A DNA stretch of 64,000 nt from Nitrososphaerota archaeon (lineage in GTDB: Archaea > Thermoproteota > EX4484-205 > JAAOZP01): assembly GCA_011605725.1 (NCBI GenBank), contig JAAOZP010000004.1:160001-224000 (forward strand), given 5' to 3'. Both the position numbers and the translations under genes were made by a program. Position 1 is the stretch's first letter, and the number at the start of each line of letters is the position of its first letter. Of the stretch, positions 20,590-31,134 are shown one piece after another. The notes beneath the pieces were generated by a model. It did not search any database and was not told the origin of the DNA. It worked only from the letters and a program-made list of their open reading frames with translations.

Positions 20590-21888
20590 GTGTTAAGTAA
20601 TTGTATGGGGTGTAAAAAGCCATCTTTGAGAGTTCTTCCAGTCATAGTGTGTAGGGAGGAACAGGTTAGAGATATAGATTTTCAGAAAGGGATGGAGGAG
20701 CTGAGGAAGAATATTTCAACCGAGGTTCGAATTTTGAAGGAGTGTATTATCAACGGTGAAAAGGATCTTGTTAAGCTTGAAGAACGTGTTTCTGAAGCCG
20801 ATGTTATTCTCCTTCTTAAACCAGGATTAGGACTAGGAAGCTGTGTTGTCAAAATCGTTGAATCCAACCTTCCCGTGATTCTCTTCAACAAGGAGGGTTC
20901 GGTTTGGACTCCACTCGACGCTTTGGAATATGTTTATCCCAGAAACAATGTTTGGGTTGCTGCGGACTACGAGGACTTAGATTTTCGGCTGAAAATCTTA
21001 GAAGCAAGGAAAAACATAGGCAGTACGAAGCTGCTTGTTTTAAACGCGGATTATCCCCACTGGGAAAGATGGCTCATGCGCGTCCCCGGGGGATTAAACA
21101 CGATTAGGGAGAGGTTTGGAATAGAGGTTGAGTATGTTCGGAGCGAGGAAGTCGTGGAGAGGTGGCGTGGGGTCGAGGAGGAAAAAGTAAAGAAGGTTGC
21201 CGAGGAATGGATAGGGAATGCTGAGAAAATAATTGAGCCCTCGAGAAGCGATGTTGAGAAAGTTTCCAGACTGTATCTGGTGATGAAGGATCTTCTACGT
21301 GAAAAAGGTGCTCAAGGATTAACGATGGCTTACGGCGAAGATCCTTTACCTGTTCCCTGTTTCGCATACGTCAAGCTTAGGGATGAGGGTGTTCCAGCTG
21401 CGTGCGAGGCGGATATCATCTCGCTCATCACAATGGTTATTTTGCATTATGTTACGGGTAAACCCAGCTTCATGGGGAACTTAAGACATGTTGATCAGAA
21501 CAATAACACGCTCATGATTAGTCATTGCGTCGCGCCGACTAAGATGGCTGGCTATGATGAGCCAGCGCTTCCCTATGTTTTAAGAAGTCAGCACTGGGGT
21601 CCGCCGGCTGGCGTTTTAAGCGCCTTCGTCCCGATGAACACCAGCCAAGAAGTTACAGTCTGCCGCCTGGACGGTGAGTTGAAGAGTATGCTGATTACAA
21701 GAGGAGTTATTGAAGAATGCAGGGATCTAGAGGAGTATTGTCGCAACACGGTTCGCATAAAGGTCAGTAACGTTAAGAAGCTCATCCATAGCACATCGGG
21801 AAACCATCATGTCATGGTTTACGGCGATCATAGGGAAGAAATAAGGGAACTGAATAAATTGTTCGGAGTCGCTACAATTGAAGTATGA
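20590..21888 (+). CDS. L-fucose/L-arabinose isomerase-like protein
   Basis: PCFAY..L.DEGVPAACEAD, SHC, CRNTV, GNHHVMVYGDH. Confidence 0.8.
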   Translation: MLSNCMGCKKPSLRVLPVIVCREEQVRDIDFQKGMEELRKNISTEVRILKECIINGEKDLVKLEERVSEADVILLLKPGLGLGSCVVKIVESNLPVILFNKEGSVWTPLDALEYVYPRNNVWVAADYEDLDFRLKILEARKNIGSTKLLVLNADYPHWERWLMRVPGGLNTIRERFGIEVEYVRSEEVVERWRGVEEEKVKKVAEEWIGNAEKIIEPSRSDVEKVSRLYLVMKDLLREKGAQGLTMAYGEDPLPVPCFAYVKLRDEGVPAACEADIISLITMVILHYVTGKPSFMGNLRHVDQNNNTLMISHCVAPTKMAGYDEPALPYVLRSQHWGPPAGVLSAFVPMNTSQEVTVCRLDGELKSMLITRGVIEECRDLEEYCRNTVRIKVSNVKKLIHSTSGNHHVMVYGDHREEIRELNKLFGVATIEV

Positions 21889-22194
21889 AGTGATGTCGAA
21901 ACAGGTGTAAGGAGAAGGGTCTCGGCAATCTTTCAGCTGATAGAGACACGGCTCTCCATAGCTTCATGAAGCTTGGTTTCTGGTCTAAGCACCCTTGTTC
22001 CCTGCGAGAGAATATGGAAGAAGCAGTTAAGGGCGATTTGGTCAACGATGCTGAAACGGGGAAGAGGTTTAACAGGATGCGGAAACGATACTTAAAAGTT
22101 GAGAAGCAATGTTTTCCAACTTTAGGCATGACAAGTTTAGCGCGCGCTGACTCCAGATTTAAAAGCTTTAACTTTCCATCAGGAGTTTAGAAGC

Positions 22195-23319
22195 ATGAGT
22201 CCACTTGGGAAGGTGCATGTAGGAGTAGTAGGCGGAGGCTTCGGGTCTGTTTTCAAGTGGCATAGTCATCCGAATTGCATTGTGGAAGCAGTATGCGACC
22301 CTGTTCCTGAAAAACGTAAGCGTTTAATGCAGGTTTACAATTGTGAAAAGTCGTATGAGAATCTTGAGGAGCTTTTGCAGGACCGGAGGGTTGAAGCGGT
22401 CGCCCTCTTCACTCCCGCGCCCCTTCACGCTGAGCATGCTGTCGAGTGTTTGAAATCTGGGAAACACGTCTTATGCGCGGTTCCAGCCTGCATGACGCTG
22501 GAGGAGGCAAGTATGCTTCTCGAGACTGTTAGGGAGACAGGTTTGAACTACATGATGGCTGAGACTAGCTGGTATCATCAGGCAGTAATCTCGGCGAGAA
22601 AATGGTTTAAAGAGGGAAGGTTTGGCAGAATATTCTACACGGAGGCTGAATACTATCATCCAGGATTAGCGTCGCTATTCTTTGACAATAATGGCAATAA
22701 GACTTGGCGCTACGGGTTCCCCCCTATGCTTTACCCTACGCACTGCACTGCATACCTAGTTGGAGTTACTGGAGAGAAGATGGTTAGGGTTTCCTGCGTA
22801 GGATGGGGAGACGATTCTCCAATTCTCAAGAATAATGCTTACAACAATCCTTTCTGGAACGAGACCGCGTTTTTCATAACAGATAAGGGTAATGCCTTCA
22901 GGGTGGCCGTCTACTGGAACGCTCCCGTCGGCCCTTGTGAAAGAGGACAGTGGATTGGAGAGAAAATGAGTTTCTTCGAGCCTCACCCTAATGGCACTAA
23001 ACATATTGTCTGGAAGGCTGGAAGCAGCCCTTTAGACTTGCCGCAGATGGTAAGCTATGAACAGGCAGAATGGTGGAGGACAGATATTCTTCCAGAGTCT
23101 TTGCGTCATCCGAGTGGACACGATAATTCTCATAACTTCATAATTCATGAGTTCATTCAGTCCATTGTCGAGAAGCGTTCTCCAGCTGTCGGAGTCTACG
23201 AGGCTCTGGCCATGACTATTCCAGGCATAATTGCTCACCAATCGGCCTTAAGAGGAGGAGAACAGATGAGGATCCCAAGGCTTGAGCCTGGGAGCGCGCG
23301 CTTTCACGCCAGTTTCTAA
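22195..23319 (+). CDS. Gfo/Idh/MocA family oxidoreductase
   Basis: VGVVGGGFG, TPAPLHAEH, GKHVLCAVP, YPTH; last codons run through the motif at 23292. Confidence 0.9.
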   Translation: MSPLGKVHVGVVGGGFGSVFKWHSHPNCIVEAVCDPVPEKRKRLMQVYNCEKSYENLEELLQDRRVEAVALFTPAPLHAEHAVECLKSGKHVLCAVPACMTLEEASMLLETVRETGLNYMMAETSWYHQAVISARKWFKEGRFGRIFYTEAEYYHPGLASLFFDNNGNKTWRYGFPPMLYPTHCTAYLVGVTGEKMVRVSCVGWGDDSPILKNNAYNNPFWNETAFFITDKGNAFRVAVYWNAPVGPCERGQWIGEKMSFFEPHPNGTKHIVWKAGSSPLDLPQMVSYEQAEWWRTDILPESLRHPSGHDNSHNFIIHEFIQSIVEKRSPAVGVYEALAMTIPGIIAHQSALRGGEQMRIPRLEPGSARFHASF

Positions 23320-23384
23320 ATCGCTTTCGATTAGAACAAATTTTAAATTCTCCAGGGTTCTAAATCTTCGAGTGCTAGGGTTCA

Positions 23385-23790
23385 ATGGTTGAAGTATTCA
23401 AAATGAGGCTTGAGGATACAGCCTAGTCAACTTTACATTAGTTTCGAAAAGCTTTGCCACGTGACGAAAAGGTTTAACCCTAGTGATTTGGGGTCGATTG
23501 AGCCCATACCTATCAAGAAGCTTTGGAACGATATCATATTTGTTGACGGTCATACTAGGGCTTTCCCCGCCTACGTATGCGGGGTCAAGTCCCTGTTTAC
23601 TGGGAGAATGAAGAGCCCGACTGGAAGCTTACGAGATATGCGTAGAATGGTGCGAGGAAAGCGGGGATCCACAGGATTTCCGACCTGGAAAACAGGGTTG
23701 TGTCTCAAAAGGATTATGAGACACTGTGGTATAAGCGTTGTGAAGATATGCAGCGAGACCTGGAGAAAAGGAGATTGCAGGGGCTCGGCG
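23385..23790 (+). pseudogene. ParB-N-like domain protein, several frameshifts
   Basis: IQPSQLYIS, EPIPI, FVDGHTRAF; continues in other frames (ICVEWC, YETLWYKRCE). Confidence 0.55.
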
Positions 23791-23991
23791 AAAAACAGGC
23801 TTCGCGTTTTAAACCAGCAGATTAATTTCTCATGGAATAGGCGCGAGTAGGATCCTCCGGCCAGAGAACAAGGAGTGGAATCCGGATAGGCTTTTAGATC
23901 CTGTGTTTGAACCCAATCTTCCCCTTCTGTCTTTCTCGTCTGATGCTTTTAAGATTTCCACCGCTTAGGCTAGCCGAAGCTTCAAGCATGA

Positions 23992-24777
23992 TCAGGGTAT
24001 TATGCAGAGGGGGCCTAGGGTTGATGCTAAAACGTTCTCCTGTGGAAACGGATGGCCCCGGTGTTGGCGGAACGCTTCCGCGTATTTTCTTCCGGCTTCG
24101 CTGCCTCTTTCTCTTGCCCATCGCCTCATCTGAAGAATATATTCGTCTATGCCGTGTTGTGCACGCAGCCATTCTCTCTGACTCTTGTGTTGGGCAAGCA
24201 TTCTCTCTTTAACCCTGATTGACGAGCCTATGTCAACGTAGAAATCAACGCGGACTCTTTCCCCAAACCTGTTTCTCCCGCCTATCGCGTCAGCGTAGAA
24301 CAGGAAAGGTATCCGCCTCGTAGGCTTCGCAGGATTAGCCTGGTTTGTCACATAGTTTGGTATGGGTGCATTGAAGCATGCGTCCCACATAAGGTCTGCG
24401 GTCAACTGATGGTCCATCATATAGTCCTCCGGAAAATGGGTTATGACAATATCCGGGTCAACCCTTCTTACGAGTTCAACAGTCTTGAAGCGAGTCTTGT
24501 TGTCGAAAACTAGGTGTAGGTCAGACTCACCTAGGCAAATGTAGGGTGCGTCAAGAATCCTCGCGGATTTCTCCGCCTCTCTAAACCTGATGCTGGCAAT
24601 CTCCTGGCTTCTAAGCGTCATCGAACCCATATTGCCAGTGCAAACCGTCGCGATGAAAATCCTAAAGCCCTTCTTATGGAGAAGAGCTAAAGTACCAGCC
24701 ATCAAGAACTCAACGTCATCAGGGTGTGCACCTACGGCTAACACCACGTTGTTTCTAAACCCGCTTCTCCTCTTCAA
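23992..24777 (-). CDS. PIG-L/LmbE family N-acetylhexosamine deacetylase
   Basis: AHPDDVE, R..EAEKSA, THFPEDYMMDH, HKSQ, YAEAF. Confidence 0.9.
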   Translation of the reverse strand: MKRRSGFRNNVVLAVGAHPDDVEFLMAGTLALLHKKGFRIFIATVCTGNMGSMTLRSQEIASIRFREAEKSARILDAPYICLGESDLHLVFDNKTRFKTVELVRRVDPDIVITHFPEDYMMDHQLTADLMWDACFNAPIPNYVTNQANPAKPTRRIPFLFYADAIGGRNRFGERVRVDFYVDIGSSIRVKERMLAQHKSQREWLRAQHGIDEYILQMRRWARERGSEAGRKYAEAFRQHRGHPFPQENVLASTLGPLCIIP

Positions 24778-24915
24778 CCTTGATTGACCATCATTATTCT
24801 TGAAACTTATAAGGTTGAATTCGAGACCTTTTTGTTGACGCTACTGACTGCACGCAAGTGAAAACACATATAAGATTAGAAGGTTAATCGTCAACAGGCT
24901 GGTGATGGAGGAAAC

Positions 24916-26286
24916 TTGGGCAGCAGGCTCAGCCAAAGGGAAATAGGGTTAATAGCTTCAGAGATTGTTGATGAAACCCGGCCCAAGATAAATCTTGGAC
25001 TTAGAATAACTAGGAACGAGTATGAGAAAAGGTGGAGTATCCTCCAAGACAGGATGAGCATGAAAGGCTACGGTCTTGCATACGCGTGTGGCAGCGAGCT
25101 TGACAGGTCTGACATCGCTTGGCTTGCAGGCGTTTTCGACCCCATAATAGAGCGCTATGGAATACTGATCCCCCTGCAAGGCAGGCCTATCGTGCTGGCC
25201 GGCCCCGAGGGGGGCCACGTGATAGAGGAGGCTGTTGAAGAGTCGGGTGCAGACATTGTTTTCCTAAAAGAGTTCCAGATATCTGACGAGGACTATAGGC
25301 ACGCCCGGTTCACGTCTTTCCAAGAAGTATTGAGACGCATAGGGGTTTCAGAGGACAGTCGTGTGGCAATCCTGTCAAGCCCGCAAGCCATACCCTATGA
25401 GCAGGTTATGCTGCTCCACAAGACCTTCAGCCCAAGCAGAGTGTTTTTCGACGAGGAGCTTCTGCAGCGCATAAAATACGAGAAGTCTGAAAGGGAGCTG
25501 GCTATATGTGAGATGGCTAACCTCATTGCTGACGCTGCCTTCAGAGCTATGCTGGCTGTTTCAAGACCCGGGATGAGAGAGCTTGAGGTTGCAGGTGTTG
25601 GGGAATACGTTATGAGGGAACTGGGCGCAGGCAGAACTGGTTTCCCAACTATAGTTACGTCTGGCGAAAGAAACTATACTGTAATAGGTCCGGCGACGAA
25701 CAGGGTGATTCAGAAGGGAGACATGGTTTCCATGGGTGTCAGTCCAACCTTTAACGGTTACCATGGAGTTGTAAGGAGGACTTTCAGGGTTGGCGAACCG
25801 ATGACCCGGGGTCAGAGGGAGTTTCACGAGGCCGTTGAAGGACTATACAGCATTGTGATGGAAGCGGTTCAGACAGCGGCAAGAGAAGAATTGCCATCTA
25901 ACTATATTGACAAGCAGGGGAAGCAGTATCTTGAAAGCCTGAGGCTTAGGGGTTTTAACGGGGTTTCAACCCCGATTGAACCATACACGTTCATCCATAA
26001 CACGGGTTGCTCAGAGTGTCAAGAAGGATACGGGGCTGTAACGCCTTATACCACGCAGCCACTGGGCAACCAGGTTACGCTGATGATCGACGTTGCTCTG
26101 CTCGGCTTCAGGCAGAGGGGGAAACCACTTTTCGAAACCATTTACGACGTTATTGAGGACGCGTTCTGGAAGAAGGGCAGGGAAGTCGGGGTTTACAATA
26201 GGATGCCGTTAAACGTGGAGCCTCTGGTTGGAAACACAGAGCCCCTGGGCTCCAGTCTGAACCCTTACCATAAGAGTTTCACCTGA
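24916..26286 (+). CDS. M24 (pita-bread fold) family protein, creatinase/prolidase-like
   Basis: KSERE, RPGMRELEV, FPTIVTSG, GYHGVVRRT, HNTG, IED. Confidence 0.78.
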   Translation: MGSRLSQREIGLIASEIVDETRPKINLGLRITRNEYEKRWSILQDRMSMKGYGLAYACGSELDRSDIAWLAGVFDPIIERYGILIPLQGRPIVLAGPEGGHVIEEAVEESGADIVFLKEFQISDEDYRHARFTSFQEVLRRIGVSEDSRVAILSSPQAIPYEQVMLLHKTFSPSRVFFDEELLQRIKYEKSERELAICEMANLIADAAFRAMLAVSRPGMRELEVAGVGEYVMRELGAGRTGFPTIVTSGERNYTVIGPATNRVIQKGDMVSMGVSPTFNGYHGVVRRTFRVGEPMTRGQREFHEAVEGLYSIVMEAVQTAAREELPSNYIDKQGKQYLESLRLRGFNGVSTPIEPYTFIHNTGCSECQEGYGAVTPYTTQPLGNQVTLMIDVALLGFRQRGKPLFETIYDVIEDAFWKKGREVGVYNRMPLNVEPLVGNTEPLGSSLNPYHKSFT

Positions 26287-26325
26287 CGACTGTGTTCCAA
26301 TAGTTTGAAGCGGGTCTCAACCGGT

Positions 26326-26766
26326 TTAGAGCTTTCTCTTTTTTGCAACAATATGGAGGTGACCCCCGTAGCCCACTATGGATGGCTCCTCGCAAAGCAT
26401 CAACTCCAGCTCCAGGAGTTTCTCAGCCTTCTCCTCATTCTGGAGAAGCATCTCTGTTTCAGGCCTGGAGACGTAGACCACGGTCTTGCCGACTATCTTA
26501 ATGACTTCTAAACCGTTCTTCTCAAAAAGGCTTTTAAGGTCGGATGGTGAAAAAGCCCAACAGTAGAAACCCCACGCTTCAGCGAAAAACCTTCTCTCCT
26601 TAAGGACTTTGAAGGCCTCCTCCGGCCCCTTACGGACAAGCATACTCCTTACAATGTTGAAGAGGCTGTCGACCCCGGCAGCAATGAAGCATCCGGGTTT
26701 AAGAACCCTAGCCAGTTCCCCGACTGCCTTATCAGGATTACTGCAGTAAGATATTGGGTCTCCCTA
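26326..26766 (-). pseudogene. Class I SAM-dependent methyltransferase, C-terminal fragment
   Basis: GDPISYCSNPDKAVGELARVLKPG...GGHLHIVAKK; 5' part replaced by the duplicated oxidoreductase 3' end. Confidence 0.75.
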
Positions 26767-26934
26767 GGCGAGGGTAAAGCGCTACTGATCTTCGGCCCGC
26801 ATTATGCAAGCCTTGGAAGCATAGAGTACTTCTTGAAGAGAAGAATCGATGTTGAGGAAATGATGAGCAGGTTCCCACTTGCATGATTTTGCCATAGTCA
26901 AAACTGGTAGGAAAGTTTAGATTTGACAAACTAT
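26759..26934 (+). repeat. Diverged duplicate of the 3' end and downstream DNA of the FAD oxidoreductase (40692-40871)
   Basis: Direct nucleotide match, e.g. GCGCTACTGATCTTCGGCCCGCATTATGCAAGCCTTGGAAGCA. Confidence 0.92.
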
Positions 26935-27117
26935 TGCGCTGCTATTGTCAATTAATTAGGCATTATACATCCGTCTAGGACAGTTTTTATCCTAAGCCGC
27001 TCTCGCTTCATCGATAAAGATATCTAGTTTTCAGCTTTAGATAAGACTTCTCGCGCGAGCGCCGCTGATAAACCTGTTGCGTTTTTAAGCAGGCAAGTTC
27101 TCTACATCCTGAGCCTA

Positions 27118-27528
27118 ATGGCTGTCGAGAAGCTTTCACTAAGATTGGCGAGGACGATCTTCTATCTTAAAGGGTTTGTCTGGCTCCTCAAGAGGAGAAG
27201 AGCATACTCGATGCAAGACGTCTTAAACCTCTTCTACATGGATTTTCTAAAAATAGATGATAAGCATATCGAAGTCGTAAAGCTCGATGAGAACGAGCTC
27301 ATAACTAGGTGTAGCAATCCATGCCCTATTTTAGAGCTTGCTAAGCGTCTCAATCTAGACACTAAGTATGTGTGTAAAGAGGTTTCTGAACCAGTCTGCA
27401 AATTCGTATTGAACAAGCTTAATCCAAGACTGGTGTTTGAGAGAAACTATGAACACATAAGACCACATGTTGAGAGCTGCGAGGAACATATATATTGGAG
27501 ACGGGGTGAGAAACAAAGCGCACGCTAA
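27118..27528 (+). CDS. Hypothetical Cys-containing protein (CSNPCP, C..SEPVC, CEE)
   Basis: ORF; last codons and stop overlap motif copy AAGCGCACGCTA. Confidence 0.6.
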   Translation: MAVEKLSLRLARTIFYLKGFVWLLKRRRAYSMQDVLNLFYMDFLKIDDKHIEVVKLDENELITRCSNPCPILELAKRLNLDTKYVCKEVSEPVCKFVLNKLNPRLVFERNYEHIRPHVESCEEHIYWRRGEKQSAR

Positions 27529-27745
27529 ACAAAGAATCATTGAGAAAGCACTAGGCTAAGTCAGAACTGATCCGGAGCGCGCGCTAAACTAGTTGCATGG
27601 ATTCTTGAGCATGTCGGCAGATCTGAGTTTCGAAGTTTTAAAGCATCAAGTTTAGTTAAAGCGAATTCGAGTATTTTTAAAAAAGTAGAATCGATTTTTA
27701 CATTTTCTTAAGAGAAAAGTTTTTATAGTCTTTATAGTCTTTATA

Positions 27746-28003
27746 TTGATTGTGAGTACTATATCCGTTACTGAGGATGTTAAAGAAGCCCTTCTAAAGA
27801 TAGCTGCGGAACTACAAATAAAGCTAGGTAGGAGAGTCGATCTGAATGATGCGATAAGATACTTGCTTAGAACTCGTGTTAAACATCCAGTTCTTCTAGA
27901 TAACGCTTGTCGGCCTATTCCAGGCTTCGAGGATGCTTATAAGGAATTGAGAAAGGAAAGGATGAGAGATGAAGAGAGAACTCGAAGGAAGCTTGGTCTT
28001 TGA
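27746..28003 (+). CDS. VapB-type antitoxin
   Basis: STISVTEDVKEAL..DLNDAIRYLL; overlaps PIN gene; TTTATAGTC direct repeats upstream. Confidence 0.8.
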   Translation: MIVSTISVTEDVKEALLKIAAELQIKLGRRVDLNDAIRYLLRTRVKHPVLLDNACRPIPGFEDAYKELRKERMRDEERTRRKLGL

Positions 28004-28406
28004 CTCCAGTTCTATTCTCGAGCTATTATACTCTACAAGTAATGGAGTTAAACTGAAAGAAGCACTCAAGGCTGAGAAGGTTGAAGGAAATATTTCTGAA
28101 ATAACTGTCGCAGAAATTAGCTACATTCTTTGCAGAAAACTTGGTATTGAGGAAGCTCGAACCAGGGTTAAAAATTTATTGGACTCAGGTTACATCACGG
28201 TTCATGAAACTTTCAAGCTTATCGAATATGCTTCAAATTATAAATGTAAGAGGAATCTTTCATTAGCAGACTGTTTTTCATTAGCATTGGCTAAAAAACT
28301 GACCGTACCCGTCTTGTTTGCTAGAAGGGAGAAAGAGCTTCTGGAAGAGATATCCAGTGGGCCTTTCGATGTCGAAATACTGTTCCTAGAAGATTTTACA
28401 AAATAA
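27969..28406 (+). CDS. VapC/PIN domain toxin
   Basis: FDSS, TVAEISY, LSLADCFSLALA. Confidence 0.85.
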   Translation: MKRELEGSLVFDSSSILELLYSTSNGVKLKEALKAEKVEGNISEITVAEISYILCRKLGIEEARTRVKNLLDSGYITVHETFKLIEYASNYKCKRNLSLADCFSLALAKKLTVPVLFARREKELLEEISSGPFDVEILFLEDFTK

Positions 28407-28487
28407 TGATTAAAGCAATTATATGCTAAACCCATCGTTCTAAGTAAACTTTATCATGATTTTTATCGCGTGCTGTTTATTCCTCAA

Positions 28488-28865
28488 TTATCTTGAGACA
28501 ACCTTCGCCAACCGCGAACACTTTGCTTTTAAAAAATCTTTCACTTTCTCTAGAGGCAAAGCAGTTGCTTTCACAAGTCTTAGGTTTAGGAGGATGAATC
28601 GAGAAAACAACAATACCATAGTATTATTCGGCGGAAACATGTCAGAATTCAGGAAATCCGTGTCTCTTGTGAGCAACACATGTTTCTCCCTTCTTGCTAG
28701 CGGCGCAACTTCGCTATTCACTATTCCTTTCGGAACATATTCTGCCAGAAATCCTTTTGAGTTTAAAAACTCTCAAACTTGATGTTTTCATCGAGCAGAA
28801 ACCTGGAGCTCAACGTAACGTTCCCCCCTAGCATGCTTAGCAGCATACCTCAAAGCTTCATTGAT
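28488..28865 (-). pseudogene. Decayed DUF433 antitoxin tail plus DUF5615 PIN-like toxin
   Basis: EALRYAA, then RFLLDENI ... ARREKHVLLTRDTDF with frameshifts; cut at motif 28866. Confidence 0.7.
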
Positions 28866-28967
28866 CAGCGCGCGCGATCATTCCACGTGCACTATTTTTA
28901 AGCACCCATATTAGTATTTTGGAAATACAAAAACTTTTTTATTCAAGCGTGAATAATCACATGCATA

Positions 28968-30662
28968 TTGCAGCGTTGCCACGTATGCGGAAGAACGAAT
29001 GAAACATGTAAGCCCTGTCCCTACTGCAACTGGTGGTTCTGCGAACAGCACCTGGATCCGGAGCAGCATGACTGCACGGGTTTAAAAGCCTTGAGAAAAA
29101 CGGATTACAGCAAGGTTAAACTAGAGGAGACAGTCAAGAAGTCTACAATACAGCGTTGGAGAGAAAAGGCGCCGAGCCTTTTCCTAGAGCTCGGGATTCT
29201 TCTCCTAGCATTGGCTGTGATTTTTGGAGCCAGAACATCACCCTACATGAAGGTTCAGGCTGGAGAAGAACTCTGTCATAAGACTTTAGCGCTTGAACCT
29301 TTCAGCATCAAATGGTTTGAAATAGAAGTCATCCCTAGTCTTTCCACTAGGATGGAGAATCTGAGCCTCAGGATTGCGGCTTCTGAACAATTCTCCAGGA
29401 AGTTCAGCCTAGAGGTTTACGTGCTCACGCATGCTGATGAAAGAAGGAGTTTTCTAGAATGGTGGTTTAAGATCAAGGAGCAAGGTTACTACGAGGAGCC
29501 GAATTTCACGAAACCACTGTACGAAGCGGAAGACGTTTCTAGAGTAGCAGCCACTGTTCCGGTTAATAAATCCGGTCTCTTCGGGCTATACTACGTCTTC
29601 TTCAACTGGAATCTTTTCAAGAATGTGAGTGTCACCGTCTCATCCTCGTTAGTATGGCTTAAGCCAGGGTATGTTAATCTGAGCTACAGCCTTGACTCAC
29701 CTGGCTTGTACGCTGGGTTTCCTCTTTTAATACTCGACGCATGCCTCCTCATTAGGCGGGGACTAGGAGGACGGTTCCCCAAGTTTTCTCGACGCTGGAC
29801 AATGCTTTCCGACGCATTAATCTTCGCAGCAATACTGCTCCTGCCCTTCGTACTATACTTCTCCACGGAAGGGGATTTGAATAATGCGATAGTGTTCTTA
29901 TTCAACTCTTATAACCCTATAGATGCTTTGAGCCCAGAGTCCCTAGCAATATACGCAATAGCACTGCAATCGATACTGCTCCACGAGTACGGGCATTTTG
30001 CAGCAGCTAGAGCAGCAGGTTTAAAGGCGGAGATAAGAGCATCGGAGGAGCCTAATGCTCTCGCAGTCACCAGGGTTTCAACCGAGAAGCCTATGACGAT
30101 GCAGGATGTCTTCAGAATAAGGAGGATGGGGCCCTTATCCAACCTGCTTCTCATAATCGTCAACATACCCCTGTTCCTTCTGTACTGGAGGCAGATGTTC
30201 GGCTTCGCAGCATTTTGGAACCTCATCGTGCTAAGCTGGAACGCAAAGGAGCTTAGCGCACCACCCGGGTACAGGAGGAAGCTTGTGAAGGATGCAAGAA
30301 TACTGCCCGAGATCGCTGAGAAATACGTTAAGAGGGTAGAAGACAAGCTTGGTGTGAAGCTGGACTACAGCTTGGAATCCCTTAAAAACCTGGGAAACGT
30401 GACCAGCAGGCTTTTAGAAGACATTAAGGGCTCAAGAGATTCTGTGAACATCGCGCTAGCGCTCTATGCATTAAGCACAGCAAGCTACATCGGAGAAGTC
30501 ATCGTCAGAAACAAAAATGGGAAATGGGTTGAAGCGGATAACCGTCTCGGCTGGGCTGTGAGGTTTGACAGCAAAGAAGTCGACGTCCTCCAAATGGTTA
30601 TTGAAGGCTTCCTGACGCCAGAAAGGCTTAACGAACTACTTGAAAAGCTAAAAAGCATGTGA
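28968..30662 (+). CDS. Membrane protein: AN1-type Zn finger, HExxH (M50-like) peptidase and C-terminal DUF3806-like domain
   Basis: CHVCG..CPYC..FCEQH..EQHDC; LLHEYGH, GPLSN; LDYSLESL...YIGEVIVRN.NGKW. Confidence 0.65.
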   Translation: MQRCHVCGRTNETCKPCPYCNWWFCEQHLDPEQHDCTGLKALRKTDYSKVKLEETVKKSTIQRWREKAPSLFLELGILLLALAVIFGARTSPYMKVQAGEELCHKTLALEPFSIKWFEIEVIPSLSTRMENLSLRIAASEQFSRKFSLEVYVLTHADERRSFLEWWFKIKEQGYYEEPNFTKPLYEAEDVSRVAATVPVNKSGLFGLYYVFFNWNLFKNVSVTVSSSLVWLKPGYVNLSYSLDSPGLYAGFPLLILDACLLIRRGLGGRFPKFSRRWTMLSDALIFAAILLLPFVLYFSTEGDLNNAIVFLFNSYNPIDALSPESLAIYAIALQSILLHEYGHFAAARAAGLKAEIRASEEPNALAVTRVSTEKPMTMQDVFRIRRMGPLSNLLLIIVNIPLFLLYWRQMFGFAAFWNLIVLSWNAKELSAPPGYRRKLVKDARILPEIAEKYVKRVEDKLGVKLDYSLESLKNLGNVTSRLLEDIKGSRDSVNIALALYALSTASYIGEVIVRNKNGKWVEADNRLGWAVRFDSKEVDVLQMVIEGFLTPERLNELLEKLKSM

Positions 30663-31134
30663 AAATGGTAAAGCAGGAACTCTAGTTCAGTATCCTTCAG
30701 ATACTATGATTTCGACGGTAACAGGCCTTCACTTGTCTTTCCACCCTAGTGGTGTGAGCCATTGCGGACAATCAATCCTAAGACATCTTTTGACATCCGT
30801 ATGGACGAGCTCATAAAGACGTTACTCCCTTGATGGTGCGCGCTATTCCGTTTTTGCGATGTCTCCATGCTTTAAATAAACATGAGAATCCACAATCATA
30901 TTTTCTCAATAAGAATGCTATGTAAGAAAAATATTTAACCTTTTCTTAGACACGAAGCAATATGCGATTCTTAACCAGCTAAAGTAAATTAGTAGCCTTG
31001 GCGCGCTACAAGTATGGCAAACAGCATTATAAGTTATATGCAAGAAAAGAACATAGATCCGTAAAGAGGTGAAAATTCTAGAGTTACGCTTAGCTAACGA
31101 AATTGTAGAAAAACAAACACAGAATAAATTTTAT

